Shown: positions 37,307-47,832, counted from the first letter of the whole stretch. The stretch is DNA of 63,048 nucleotides, filler included, from Candidatus Aminicenantales bacterium (GCA_049512315.1; 3 parts of 3 records of this genome joined end to end with filler, not necessarily neighbours in it); one strand, 5' to 3'. Program-made: numbers and translations. Notes: generated by a model not told the origin, from the sequence alone.

Positions 37307-37775
37307 GACGTCTCTTTCATTTGGACCTGCCCTCTCATTTTGTCCATTTTTTATGTTAGAGAAATATTTTGCGGGGCCTAAACCAAAAACTCACATCATT
37401 GATGAACTATTTTTCAGGGATGAGGTCCTAATATCGTAAATGGGTATTGTGTCCCCCTTTTCGCATCAGTTCCGGATGAGCCGTGACACGAATTCCATTG
37501 GGGTCGCCTGTTTGCTATAATAACGTTTTGGAGCGGCTCCGAACATGCCCGACCTGTTTTTTCGGAAAGAATTTGTGATTCATGCCTAAGAATAGGACTT
37601 CGAGGCCTTGGCCCGGTTCGCATCACTTATCAATTTTTCCAGGACGCGGCCGGCGGCCATGCCCGCCAACTGGGTGGTCAGTGTCCGGGCCCATCTTTAT
37701 TCAACAGATCGTCAACGCGGGGTCGGGTGCGGCGCTCACCCGTCTCAGAAGCAGCTGGAAGTGAGGGGTTTTTCC

Positions 37776-39836
37776 TTGAAAAAGCTATCGCCCGCCGCAA
37801 ACGCTTTCCTTGTTTTCGCCGTCCTCCTCGGCGTCGCCGCCGCGGACAAACCCAGGCTTCCCGAGCGTTATAAAAAATGGCTCGACGAGGAAGTTGTCTA
37901 TATCATCACCCGCGTCGAAAGAGAGGTCTTCCTGAAGCTCCAGACGGACCACGAACGGGACCTTTTCATCGAGGCCTTCTGGAAACACCGTGACCCGACC
38001 CCGAACACTCCCGAAAACGAGTTCAAGACGGAGCATTTCCGGAGGATCGACTATGCCACCCATTATCTCGGCCGGGAGGCGCCGATCCCCGGGTGGAAGA
38101 CCGACCGGGGCCGCATGTACATCCTTCTCGGCGAGCCCCAGGAAATCCAGAGGCTCCAGGGGAAGCTCGGTATTTACGATTGCGAGGTTTGGTTTTATCA
38201 GGGCAAGACCGACCAGGGCCTGCCCGCGGGGTTTAACCTCCTGTTCTTCAAGGAACGGGGACAGGGGATGTACAAACTCTACAGCCCCCTCCGCGACGGG
38301 CCCCAGGCGCTGCTCTCGACCACGACCGGAGACCCGAGCGATTACACGAGCGCCTACCAATCTCTCACAGATATCGATCCCGAACTGGCCGACGTCTCGA
38401 TGAGCCTGATCCCTGGCGAAGAGACGAACCCCATGGGCCGTCCGTCCATGACCTCGGACCTCCTGATCCAACAGATCGAGACTCTCCCGACCCGGGCCGT
38501 CGAAGATCGCTATGCCCGGAAATTTCTCGAATACAAGGACCTTGTCGAGGTCGAGTACTCGGCGAATTACCTGGACAGCGATAACCTCGTCAAAGTCTTC
38601 CGCGAGCCGTCCGGGCAGTACTTCGTTCACTATGCCATCGAGCCCCAGAGGCTGTCCGTCAATCAGTACGAGAGCAAGATGTACACGGCCCTGAAGGTCG
38701 ACGGCCGGGTGACGACGCTCGACGGACGTCTCGTCTACCAATACCACAAGAGCGTTTCCCTGGACATGCCGGAAGCGCAAATGGCGACTCTCAGCCATTC
38801 CCCTTTCAATTTTCACGACATTTTCCCCCTCATTTCAGGGGACTACAGGCTTTCGGTCCTCATGAAGAACGAAACGTCAAAAGAGTTCGTGTCTTTCGAC
38901 CAGGCGGTCCGCATCCCGCAAAAAGGGACGGCCGTCGAGCTCACTCAACCCGTTCTCGGATATCAGGTGACCCGCCTGGACAAGTCGCCGAGGAAGATCA
39001 GGGCGTTCCAGGTCGGCCCCTTCCAGATCTTCTGCCAGCCGGGGAGGATTTTTACGGCCAAGGACACGCTGGCGGTTGCGTTCCAGGTCAACAACCTCAC
39101 CGAGGACATGGCCCGGACAGTGGAGTTGAAGATCCGATTTATCAGGGACGGCCAGACGTTCCGCGAGATCACGCGGAAGCCTTCGGAATACCCTGACCTG
39201 CCCGACGCGCTCGAGCAAGTGGCCCTGAACGATTTTCCTCCGGCGCACTACAGGGTCCAAGTCTCAGTCTATGACTCCGGCAAATTGGTCGTGACGGCGG
39301 AGGACGAATTTGACCTGACCTATGCGGCCGCGGTGTCGAGGCCTTGGTTCTCGTCTCGCGTCCTGCCTGAGACGGGCGACCCGATCTACGACCAGATCAC
39401 CGGGCTCCAGCTCTTCAATCTGGGCCGGTACGCCGAAGCCCGGGTCGTTGACGAGCGGGCCTTTGGCCGCCTGCCGGATTCATCGGGCGTGGCCGCCAAC
39501 CTGGCCCAGGCTTGTCTGGCCCTTGGCGATTATCCCAAAGCCGTCCAGGTCTTGACGCCGTTTCTAGGCCGGCCGCAGGCCGCGCAGTATGAGATTTACA
39601 CCCTGGCCGGAGAAGCCTACCTCAAATCGCACGATTTCGCTGGCGCCGTCGCGGTGCTCGACCAAGCCGTATCACACTATGGGATCAATGCCACGCTGCT
39701 CAACGCCCTCGGCGAAAGCTATCTGGGACTCGGAAAACCGGCCGAGGCGCTGGCGGCCTTTGAGAGATCTCTCCAGGTCAGCCCGGACCAGCCGAAGATC
39801 AAGGCCAAAGTGGACGGGCTGAAGAAGAAGAAATAA
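37776..39836 (+). CDS. GWxTD-domain protein with C-terminal TPRs
   Basis: WLDEEVVYII, FIEAFWKHRDPTP, GWKTDRGRMYI; TPR tail; TTG at 37776 precedes a signal peptide. Confidence 0.88.
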   Translation: MKKLSPAANAFLVFAVLLGVAAADKPRLPERYKKWLDEEVVYIITRVEREVFLKLQTDHERDLFIEAFWKHRDPTPNTPENEFKTEHFRRIDYATHYLGREAPIPGWKTDRGRMYILLGEPQEIQRLQGKLGIYDCEVWFYQGKTDQGLPAGFNLLFFKERGQGMYKLYSPLRDGPQALLSTTTGDPSDYTSAYQSLTDIDPELADVSMSLIPGEETNPMGRPSMTSDLLIQQIETLPTRAVEDRYARKFLEYKDLVEVEYSANYLDSDNLVKVFREPSGQYFVHYAIEPQRLSVNQYESKMYTALKVDGRVTTLDGRLVYQYHKSVSLDMPEAQMATLSHSPFNFHDIFPLISGDYRLSVLMKNETSKEFVSFDQAVRIPQKGTAVELTQPVLGYQVTRLDKSPRKIRAFQVGPFQIFCQPGRIFTAKDTLAVAFQVNNLTEDMARTVELKIRFIRDGQTFREITRKPSEYPDLPDALEQVALNDFPPAHYRVQVSVYDSGKLVVTAEDEFDLTYAAAVSRPWFSSRVLPETGDPIYDQITGLQLFNLGRYAEARVVDERAFGRLPDSSGVAANLAQACLALGDYPKAVQVLTPFLGRPQAAQYEIYTLAGEAYLKSHDFAGAVAVLDQAVSHYGINATLLNALGESYLGLGKPAEALAAFERSLQVSPDQPKIKAKVDGLKKKK

Positions 39837-39847
39837 CGGAGGATCGT

Positions 39848-40849
39848 GTGAACGGTGCTCTTCATAAAATTATCATCCAGAAAACCGGCCTGCTGTTCAT
39901 GGTTCTGACCATGACGGCGGCTGTCCCTTTCATTCTGGCCGCTCAAGACAACCTCGGGCGGGGCAGGATCACCGGCCAGGTCGTGGACGGAGCCGGCGTC
40001 CCCGTCGAAGGGGCGAAGGTCGTCGCCGAGAGCCTTCAAGGCACCGGCAAGCTGGACGCCCTGACCGACAAGAAGGGGCATTTCGCGATCGCGGGGCTCG
40101 GCACAGGGAGGTGGAGGGTTACGGCGGGCAAGGAAGGCTACGTCAACGCCTTCTCCGAGCTCAACGTCGCCCAGCTCAAGGCCAATCCCCCCGTCGCCTT
40201 GACGATCCAGAAGCTCGCGGGGGTTCAGGGACTTCAGGCCGATAAGGCAAGCCTGTCCCTCGTCGACAAGGGAAACGCCCTGCTCGACCAGGGGGACTAC
40301 GACGGGGCCATCGCCGTTTTTACGGAATTCCAGGGGAAATACCCGGATGTTTATCAGATCAGGCTGAATATCGCCACGGCCTATCTCAAGAAGGGCGATG
40401 TCGATAGGGCCGAGGCCGAGTTCAAAGGGACCCTCGACAAGATTCTCCAGGTCCGCGGGGATTACAAGAATGAAAAGGCGATTTCCATCCGGGCGCTATC
40501 CGGGCTTGGAGAGCTGGCCGTCAAGAAAGGAGACATGGCCTCGGCCCAGAAATATTTCAGCGACGCCCTGTCCGTCTCGCCAGAAGACGAGGCCGCCGCC
40601 TATAATGTCGGGGAAATGCTGTTCTCGAACCAGAAGTCCGATGAGGCCATCAAATACCTCGAGCTGGCTATCCAGATCAAGAAGGACTGGCCGAAGCCTT
40701 ACTACAAGCTTGGCTTCGTTTATCTCAACAAGGGCGATTACGCCAAATCCCTGGAATGCTTCAACAAGTTCATCACCCTCGACCCGGAGAATTCCGAAAC
40801 TCCTAACGTCAAGAACATGATTGCAGCGATCGAAAAGATGAAGAAATAG
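39848..40849 (+). CDS. Carboxypeptidase-regulatory-like domain plus TPR protein
   Basis: Signal peptide, GRITGQVVDG.G.PVEGA.V...TDKKG.F, multiple TPRs. Confidence 0.85.
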   Translation: MNGALHKIIIQKTGLLFMVLTMTAAVPFILAAQDNLGRGRITGQVVDGAGVPVEGAKVVAESLQGTGKLDALTDKKGHFAIAGLGTGRWRVTAGKEGYVNAFSELNVAQLKANPPVALTIQKLAGVQGLQADKASLSLVDKGNALLDQGDYDGAIAVFTEFQGKYPDVYQIRLNIATAYLKKGDVDRAEAEFKGTLDKILQVRGDYKNEKAISIRALSGLGELAVKKGDMASAQKYFSDALSVSPEDEAAAYNVGEMLFSNQKSDEAIKYLELAIQIKKDWPKPYYKLGFVYLNKGDYAKSLECFNKFITLDPENSETPNVKNMIAAIEKMKK

Positions 40850-40906
40850 ATCGCGCGGCGGCCACGGACGGCCCTGGGGCCACTTCCGGTGAGAGAAAAA
40901 AAATCC

Positions 40907-40953
40907 TTGACTTTTTGCTTTTAGAGATATTACTTTATTAACAAATGAAATAA
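40907..40953 (+). promoter_or_regulatory. Promoter and NagC/ROK-type operator upstream of the ROK gene
   Basis: TTGACT at 40907; TTATT-N9-AATAA palindrome at 40935-40953. Confidence 0.55.
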
Positions 40954-40979
40954 TATCTGTAAGAAAGGCTGCCCAACAC

Positions 40980-41719
40980 ATGGATGGGGGGGTCCACAGG
41001 AAAATGCAGTTCAAGGCCGGCAACGCCAAGTTCATCAGCGAAATCAACAAAGTCAAGATCATCAACCTTATCCGCGACAGTGATGGAGTTTCGAGAGCGG
41101 AGCTGGCCAAAATCAGCGGATTGAGCGCCCCGACCATCTCCCGGATCGTCGAGAGGCTCATCCGCGAAGGGCTGGCGACAGAGATCGGGGCCGGTGAATC
41201 CAGGGGGGGCCGAAAGCCGACGCTCATCAAATTCTCCGGCGTGAACAGCTTTATCATAGGCATTGACCTGGGCACGACAAACATCTACGGCGTGCTGACC
41301 GACCTCGATGCTAAGGTTATCGCCGAGATCAAGCGGCCGACTCAGGTCGAAGAAGGCTTCAATCGGGTCATGGAAAGGACGTCGGGCATCATCGGCGAAC
41401 TTCGGGACCGCCTCGGGTCGAAAGAGGCCGGGGCTTGCGATGGGATTTGCGGGATCGGCATGGCCATCGCGGGCCTAATCAACCGCGAGCGGAATATCGT
41501 CGAGTTCTCGCCCGATTTCCATTGGCACAATGTCGATGTGCGGGCCGCGCTTGCCCAGGACGTCGATATCCCCGTCGTCTTTGATAATGTCACCCGAGTC
41601 ATGTCTTTGGGGGAGATGTGGTACGGCGCCGGCCGGGATTTCCGGAACTTCATCATGATCAACGTCGGCTACGGAATCGGTGCCGGGATCATCATCCAGG
41701 GAAGCCCGCTCTATGGGCT
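40980..41719 (+). CDS. ROK-family transcriptional repressor (3' end cut by contig boundary)
   Basis: HTH SRAELAKISGLSAPTISRIV, GGRKP, IGIDLG, GYGIGAGII. Confidence 0.92.
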
Positions 41720-41819
41720 NNNNNNNNNNNNNNNNNNNNNNNNNNNNNNNNNNNNNNNNNNNNTTAATTAATTAANNNNNNNNNNNNNNNNNNNNNNNNN
41801 NNNNNNNNNNNNNNNNNNN
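41720..41819. other. Artificial contig linker
   Basis: Same N/TTAATTAATTAA/N structure as 13100-13199. Confidence 0.97.
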
Positions 41820-42096
41820 TCGAGGAACGCCTTGCTCCACTTGTAGTACATCGTGGGATGGATGTCTTCCTTCCGGCAGAGGTCCGAGATGCCGGCCTCG
41901 CCCCGCAGGCCCTCGAGGACGATCCGGATCTTTTCCTCGGCAGTGAACTTCCGGCGGGTCTGGCGCTTGATCTCCCGGACGATCGATTCCGCTGAGCTTC
42001 CCTGTTTCCCTGTCATTCATTCCTCCTCGTATGGTTTTGTTATTGGAAACCATAGCTTAGGAGAAATCAATCCCTGTCCGAATTTCGCTGACGTCA
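41820..42096 (-). mobile_element. Left end of an IS3-family element with transposase OrfA (cut by contig start)
   Basis: RRKFTAEEKIRIVLEGLRGE...LCRKEDIHPTMYYKW; terminal TGACGTCAGCGAAATTCGGACA on the minus strand ending at 42096. Confidence 0.85.
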
Positions 42097-42411
42097 AGCA
42101 GCGCATTCCGTAGCATGGATTTGGGTGCTCGCATGCACGCAGAGTTGGTAAAGATCGATCCCTCTTTTGCAAACGAGGAGCCTCTTCATGCCTTTTTCGG
42201 TACCTCCGATAAGATGTTCCCGTTGAAAGCAGGCGACGAGCTCTTTATCGACGCCTCTGATGCTGAAGTGATTGAGAATATGCAATTCCGCTTAGAGATT
42301 GCGTTTGGCGAACCTGGGATTATCGAGGGTGCGCCGCTGATCGAAACGCTTCACGGCATGGCGGACCTTGTTGATCAGTTGTTGACCGATTTCATTCCTC
42401 TACTGGTATAA
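42097..42411 (+). pseudogene. Probable 3' remnant of a hypothetical gene interrupted by the IS
   Basis: Frame is open from the IS boundary to the stop at 42411; no RBS. Confidence 0.45.
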
Positions 42412-42584
42412 CCTCGTCATTACCTTTTTGAATTAGCCCCTCGCACCCCAAATCCCTCCTTCTTGACAAATAGCCCACTAGGGATCTATAAAATCAGGCA
42501 GGAAGGGAGAAATAGGCCCTAATTCTGCGGCTGTTCGATGGGCTCTCTTTTTCCCTTTCCGACACTGAAAAAGGGAGGGGTTCT

Positions 42585-43139
42585 ATGAAACGCATCACTA
42601 TTGCGGTCGGCCTAGTCCTCTTGGTTTTCGCGGTCTCGCTTTGGGCACAAACAACGGCTCCAAAGCCCGATCCTGAGATCAAGAAGTTCGACGTCTTCTT
42701 GGGCCATTGGACGTATACAGGAGAATACAAGGCCGGCCCGTTGGGGCCCGCCAACAAGGTCACCGGCGAAATGGCCACGAAGAGGATTCTCGGAGGCTTC
42801 TTTGTCCAGAACCAATTTACAGAAAAGGGACCTATGGGAGAGTCACACGCTCTCGAGATTATCGGGTACGACCCGGCTAACAAGACCTATCCCAGCACTA
42901 TGTACGGAGATGACGGGGCTTCAGCCTTAGGGGCTTATGTACTCGATGGAAATATATTTAATTACTCAGGGAAGTTAATCTTCGGGGGAAAACAGTATCA
43001 GTGGAGGATTACCGAAGTATTTGCTGCAGACCTGATGAGTTTTATGCAAAAGATTGAAATTTCTGCCGATGGCAATACGTGGACACCTTTTTTCGAGGCT
43101 AATATACAAAGGGTCCCCAAGCCCGCACCAAAGAAATAA
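42585..43139 (+). CDS. Secreted DUF1579-like protein
   Basis: Signal peptide, FLGHW, ILGGFFV, GYDPANKTY, S.DG.TW; GGAGG RBS. Confidence 0.7.
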   Translation: MKRITIAVGLVLLVFAVSLWAQTTAPKPDPEIKKFDVFLGHWTYTGEYKAGPLGPANKVTGEMATKRILGGFFVQNQFTEKGPMGESHALEIIGYDPANKTYPSTMYGDDGASALGAYVLDGNIFNYSGKLIFGGKQYQWRITEVFAADLMSFMQKIEISADGNTWTPFFEANIQRVPKPAPKK

Positions 43140-43287
43140 CTGACTGCCTACAGGGGCGAGAGAAAGACGCCAAGCGCGGTAGCCCAGGCCGGAGTGTATC
43201 CGGCAACTGCACACCTACAGCACAGTTGCCGGGGATTAGGCCAGGAACCTCTTTATTATCAACCTATTAAAAAGGCCGATAGGCGCC

Positions 43288-43330
43288 CTTCGAATCCAAA
43301 GGTCGGGGGTTCAAATCCCTCCGGGCGCGC
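43288..43330 (+). tRNA. 3' fragment of tRNA-Arg(TCG), att-like
   Basis: CTTCGAA-TCCAA-AGGTC-GGGGG-TTCAAAT-CCCTC-CGGGCGC-GC; starts exactly at the anticodon loop. Confidence 0.85.
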
Positions 43331-43576
43331 TCTCTTTTCTCCCCAAGAAATCTGCCACTTAGTCCACTTCCCGACTGCCCTCGGGGTGTGACCATTTTAT
43401 ACCGGAAAACGCACGAATTAGGCCTCCGCTGAGCACAATTTGAGCACAGTCTTTTTAGCCCCCCAACACGTCATGAATCTTGACGGCGTTTTTCCCAGAG
43501 CCAACACGAACTTGACAGGACCATTGTTGGGGTTTACGTTTTAGTTAGTTATAAAAAACAACGGGGGGAGAAGAAA

Positions 43577-44698
43577 ATGGGCCAACGAAGAGCAGAAACA
43601 ATCGGAGAAGAGTTATTGTCCCTCGCAGGAATTACCATTAATGGAAAAAATCCTTATGATGTCCAGGTGCACAACAAGGACTTTTATCAACGTACCTTGG
43701 GGGGTGGAGCTCTTGGCCTGGGGGAATCATATATGGATGGATGGTGGGATTGCCAGGCGCTTGATCAATTCATTTATAAAATCTTACGCGCCAACCTGGA
43801 AGACAAAGTGAAAGGCAGCTTGAAGCTCACGTGGCACGTCCTCAAATCCAAAATGTTCAATCTGCAGAGAATAGGCCGCGCTTATCAGGTAGGGGAACGA
43901 CACTACGATATTGGAAACGATTTATACAAAGCCATGCTTGATAAAAGGATGCTTTATACCTGCGGCTACTGGAAGAATGCCACGAACCTGGATGAAGCGC
44001 AAGAAGCCAAACTCAGGTTGGTTTGCCAAAAAGTCAATCTTGGGCCTGGCATGAAAGTGCTGGAACTGGGATGCGGGTGGGGCTCCTTTGCCAAATATGC
44101 GGCTGAAAATCATGGTGCTGTTGTGACGGCTGTGACAGTTTCCCGACAACAGGTCGAGCTCGGTCGGGAACTCTGCAAAGGGCTTCCGGTGAACATTGAG
44201 CTTGAAGATTACCGTAATGTCAGTGGAATCTATGACCGGGTCATTTCTATCGGGATTCTCGAGCACGTGGGCTATAAAAACTATCGAACCTACATGGAAA
44301 CAGCGGATCGCTGTTTGAAAGACGACGGTATTGCTTTTATCCACACAATTGGCGGCAATATCAGTGCGACTACGGCCAATGCCTGGACCACCAAATATAT
44401 TTTCCCGAATGGCTTGATTCCCTCCATTGCCCAGATTGGGGAAGCCATGGAGAACATATTTGTCATGGAAGATTGGCACAATTTTGGTCCGGACTATGAC
44501 AAAACACTCATGGCCTGGCAGGCAAACTTCGAAAAGGCCTGGCCCGAGCTAAAAAACAAATACAGAGAGCGTTTCTATCGGATGTGGCGATTCTACCTGC
44601 TCAGTGCGGCGGCAGGATTCCGCTCAAGGTCTAATCAGTTATGGCAAATTGTGATGACCAAACAAGGAAGGGATCAGCCAAACTGTCGCATCAGCTAG
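43577..44698 (+). CDS. cfa: Cyclopropane-fatty-acyl-phospholipid synthase
   Basis: LGLGESYMDGWW, HYDIGNDLY, YTCGYW, VLELGCGWG, EHVG, KYIFPNG. Confidence 0.93.
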   Translation: MGQRRAETIGEELLSLAGITINGKNPYDVQVHNKDFYQRTLGGGALGLGESYMDGWWDCQALDQFIYKILRANLEDKVKGSLKLTWHVLKSKMFNLQRIGRAYQVGERHYDIGNDLYKAMLDKRMLYTCGYWKNATNLDEAQEAKLRLVCQKVNLGPGMKVLELGCGWGSFAKYAAENHGAVVTAVTVSRQQVELGRELCKGLPVNIELEDYRNVSGIYDRVISIGILEHVGYKNYRTYMETADRCLKDDGIAFIHTIGGNISATTANAWTTKYIFPNGLIPSIAQIGEAMENIFVMEDWHNFGPDYDKTLMAWQANFEKAWPELKNKYRERFYRMWRFYLLSAAAGFRSRSNQLWQIVMTKQGRDQPNCRIS

Positions 44699-44712
44699 AG
44701 GAGCCTGATTAA

Positions 44713-45687
44713 GTGATAAATTCGGAAGTCATCGTTGTCGGTGGAGGCCCGGCCGGTTCCAGCTGTGCCTGGAAACTGAAACAGGAGGGTATGGAAACGA
44801 TAGTTCTCGACAAGAAGACATTTCCGGGTCAGAAAGTCTGTGCCGGCTGGATTACGCCGAAGGTGCTCAAAGACCTCGAACTAAAAAAAGGGGATTACCC
44901 TCACAGCCTTTTGACCTTCGAGAAACTTCATTTTAGTTTTAACGGAAAGAAACTTGCGATTCGAACCCGGCAACATTCTCTACGAAGATCTGAATTCGAC
45001 CACTGGCTGTTGGAGCGAACTGATGTGCCGGTGCATCACCACTCGGTGAATCATATTCGAAGAGAGCATGGCTTTTATGTTATTGATGATATGTTTCGCT
45101 GCAACTATCTGGTGGGAGCCGGTGGAACCACCTGTCCCGTCTACCGGACTTTTTTCAAGGAAGTTAATCCCCGAGCCCAGGAACTGTGGATCATCGCGAT
45201 GGAAGAGGAATTCTTATATAATTATCAGGACAAAAATTGCTACCTCTGGTTTTATGAAGAGAATTTGCCCGGATATGCTTGGTATGTTCCCAAGGGTGAT
45301 GGCCATTTGAACGTTGGAATTGGGGGGAAATTTACCCTCTTAAGGGACAGAAAAGAGACGATACGGAATCACTGGAATCATTTTGTTCAGAAGCTTGAGA
45401 GCCTTTCCTTAGTGAAACATCATTCATTTAATCCTCGGGCGGCCAATTATTACCTTAGACAAAAAGTAGAGGTTGGCCGGTTGGATAATGCATTCATAAC
45501 CGGCGACGCCGCAGGCCTGGCCACCCTTGATATGGGAGAAGGAATCGGTCCCGCCGTGGAAAGCGGGATACTGGCGGCCAAGGCAATTGTCACCGGAAGC
45601 CCATACTCGCTCAAGTCCATCGCAAAATATAGTTTCATGAGAATCTTATTTCCCTGGTGGAATGGCCGCCGGCCTTGGCCTGCCTGA
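44713..45687 (+). CDS. Geranylgeranyl reductase-family FAD oxidoreductase
   Basis: VVGGGPAGSS, KVCAG, GYAWYVPKG, GDAAGL...GEGI. Confidence 0.88.
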   Translation: MINSEVIVVGGGPAGSSCAWKLKQEGMETIVLDKKTFPGQKVCAGWITPKVLKDLELKKGDYPHSLLTFEKLHFSFNGKKLAIRTRQHSLRRSEFDHWLLERTDVPVHHHSVNHIRREHGFYVIDDMFRCNYLVGAGGTTCPVYRTFFKEVNPRAQELWIIAMEEEFLYNYQDKNCYLWFYEENLPGYAWYVPKGDGHLNVGIGGKFTLLRDRKETIRNHWNHFVQKLESLSLVKHHSFNPRAANYYLRQKVEVGRLDNAFITGDAAGLATLDMGEGIGPAVESGILAAKAIVTGSPYSLKSIAKYSFMRILFPWWNGRRPWPA

Positions 45688-46262
45688 TCTCGGGGTTGCC
45701 AGCAAGCGGCTGGCCGGGCTGACGGGGGATTGATTCCCCACCACGGCCAGCGATAACCGGCAAAGCATATGGCGCCCAACCAGGGGCCAAGTCCAAATGC
45801 TGATCTGCTCCCCGAATCCTGGTCCATTGGGAGGAGCAGTTTTTTTGCCAGAAAACTCACATGATGTCTGGACCATTTTTCAAGGATGAGGTCCATTCGG
45901 GAATGTTCAGGAAAACAGTTCAGCCCCGAGCTGACGCCAATATTCTTGAAGATCGTGGAGAAAGAGGACGAACTCACTATCATGACACCATGCTGAGGTT
46001 GAAATCATGCCCAACTTGCAGGTAAAATGCTCTTTTATAGAAAATGGGCTGTTTTATAGGACAATTACTTAGAAAGAAGCCAGCTCAACTCGTATGGCCG
46101 GGCGACCCTTGGTCTAAAAAGCGTGATTCTCAGCCTGCTGAGAATATGGAAAGAATTTGGCATGAAAATAGCATTAAAACTAGTGGCCACTTCCGAGTCC
46201 ATCGCGCCATCCGATAACCGAAGGGCGCGGGACGGGGAGGGCAAAAAAAGGAGGATCACAAA

Positions 46263-46427
46263 ATGAGAGAGCTTAGACTACCAAAGAACCTGGGGATGAC
46301 CTTGCTAGGCATCTGGCTCATCATGAGCGGGCTGATCCCATTGCTCCATTTCAGCTTTCGGGGGCTGCCCTTGGTCATGGCGATCTTCGCTATTGCGACC
46401 GGTGTTATAATCCTGCTCGGCCGGTAA
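46263..46427 (+). CDS. Small two-TM membrane protein (54 aa, not in the ORF track)
   Basis: AGGAGG RBS; MRELRLPKNLGMTLLGIWLIMSGLIPLLHFSFRGLPLVMAIFAIATGVIILLGR*. Confidence 0.75.
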   Translation: MRELRLPKNLGMTLLGIWLIMSGLIPLLHFSFRGLPLVMAIFAIATGVIILLGR

Positions 46428-46616
46428 GCCTGCGGATTCAGTCTGTGCTGTTTTTATAAGCGGCTCGACTAGCCCCTTGCAATCAGCGCCCGGACAATAG
46501 ACACCTGTGTTTCCCGACAACTGGCCGGGCTCACGAGCCGGGTCTCATCCCTGAAAAATGGACCGAATCATGGGGCAAGTCCGACTTCGAGGATTTTCCA
46601 ATCCTATGAGGGGGCA

Positions 46617-47660
46617 GTGGGCGAGATGTTGGTGAAGAAGAGCAAGACCTGGGCCGCGGCTTTCTTGCTGCTGGCCAGCCTCCCATTTCAGCTCGCCGCA
46701 AGGGATCAGGCTTCCGAGGTGCAGGAGAACAGCTTGTCGCGGCCTTTCTCGCTATCGATTTGCGGGAACCCCTCCGCTCAACCGACTCTCAGCCCGGCCG
46801 TCCCACCAACGCTGCTTCCATCAACTCCCCAGGCGACCGGTCCTTCTCTTCCGGCCGCCCCGCCTCGGGGCGGGGAATTCTCGCTCAGATCCATTTCCCG
46901 CGATTTCTTGAAAGACGCCGGGCAGATCTGGAGTTACCCGGTCCACATCCGGGCCCGCGATATCCTCCCTATCGTGGGCTTGGCAGCCCTCACCGGATTC
47001 CTGATCGGGAACGATGAGGCCATTTACCGGGGCTTCAGGGATTACCGGGACACCCATGCCTGGGTCCGCGGAGTCAGCCCGGTCATCACCCAGATGGGGT
47101 CCTACGGGGCCTGGGGGACAGCGGCGATTTTCCTGGGCGTCGGCCTGATCGCCCAGGACGCCAGGTCGAAGGAGACCGCCGTCCTGGCCTCCAGTGCGAT
47201 GCTGCAAAGCGAGATCCTGGTCCTCTTCCTGAAGGGGATGTTCGGGCGGCAGCGACCGGAGTATGAGGCCGGCGTCGACCACTGGTCCGGGCCGGTCGGA
47301 TTTTTCAAGATGTTCGAACCGGGGCAGTTGGGGAGATACGATTCCTTCCCCGGGGGCCACTCGATCACGGCTTTCAGCCTGGCCACGGTCGTAGCCATGC
47401 AATACCGGGAGAGCGTCTGGGTGCCCATCCTGGCATATACGACGGCCACGGGCGTAGCGCTGTCGCGGACGACCGAGAACAAGCACTGGCTCTCGGACTC
47501 GCTGGTGGGCGGCGTCCTCGGCTACGTCATCGGCCGCCTGGTTGTGCGCAATCACCGCAGCCGCTACCACATGACGCCCACGGTCGGTGTCGCCCACGGC
47601 TCACGATCCTTCGCCTTCACCTTTTCCTTCCGTTTAGCGAGTGTCAGGAAAACTGTGTAA
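46617..47660 (+). CDS. PAP2-family phosphatase
   Basis: K...GRQRP, SFPGGH, SR....HWLSD motifs. Confidence 0.88.
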   Translation: MGEMLVKKSKTWAAAFLLLASLPFQLAARDQASEVQENSLSRPFSLSICGNPSAQPTLSPAVPPTLLPSTPQATGPSLPAAPPRGGEFSLRSISRDFLKDAGQIWSYPVHIRARDILPIVGLAALTGFLIGNDEAIYRGFRDYRDTHAWVRGVSPVITQMGSYGAWGTAAIFLGVGLIAQDARSKETAVLASSAMLQSEILVLFLKGMFGRQRPEYEAGVDHWSGPVGFFKMFEPGQLGRYDSFPGGHSITAFSLATVVAMQYRESVWVPILAYTTATGVALSRTTENKHWLSDSLVGGVLGYVIGRLVVRNHRSRYHMTPTVGVAHGSRSFAFTFSFRLASVRKTV

Positions 47661-47832
47661 GCCCGTGAATAAGTCAGTTGACTGCACAATAAGGCAAGCG
47701 ATATCATCATCTCATGATAGGGGGACTCAGTTCCGAGCCTTGTGGCCTGGGTTCGCGAGCGGCGGGAAAAAGGACATTCCTATCTATGAAAGAAGATCCT
47801 TGGTTTCCCGGACGCAGCAAACGGAGGAGATT

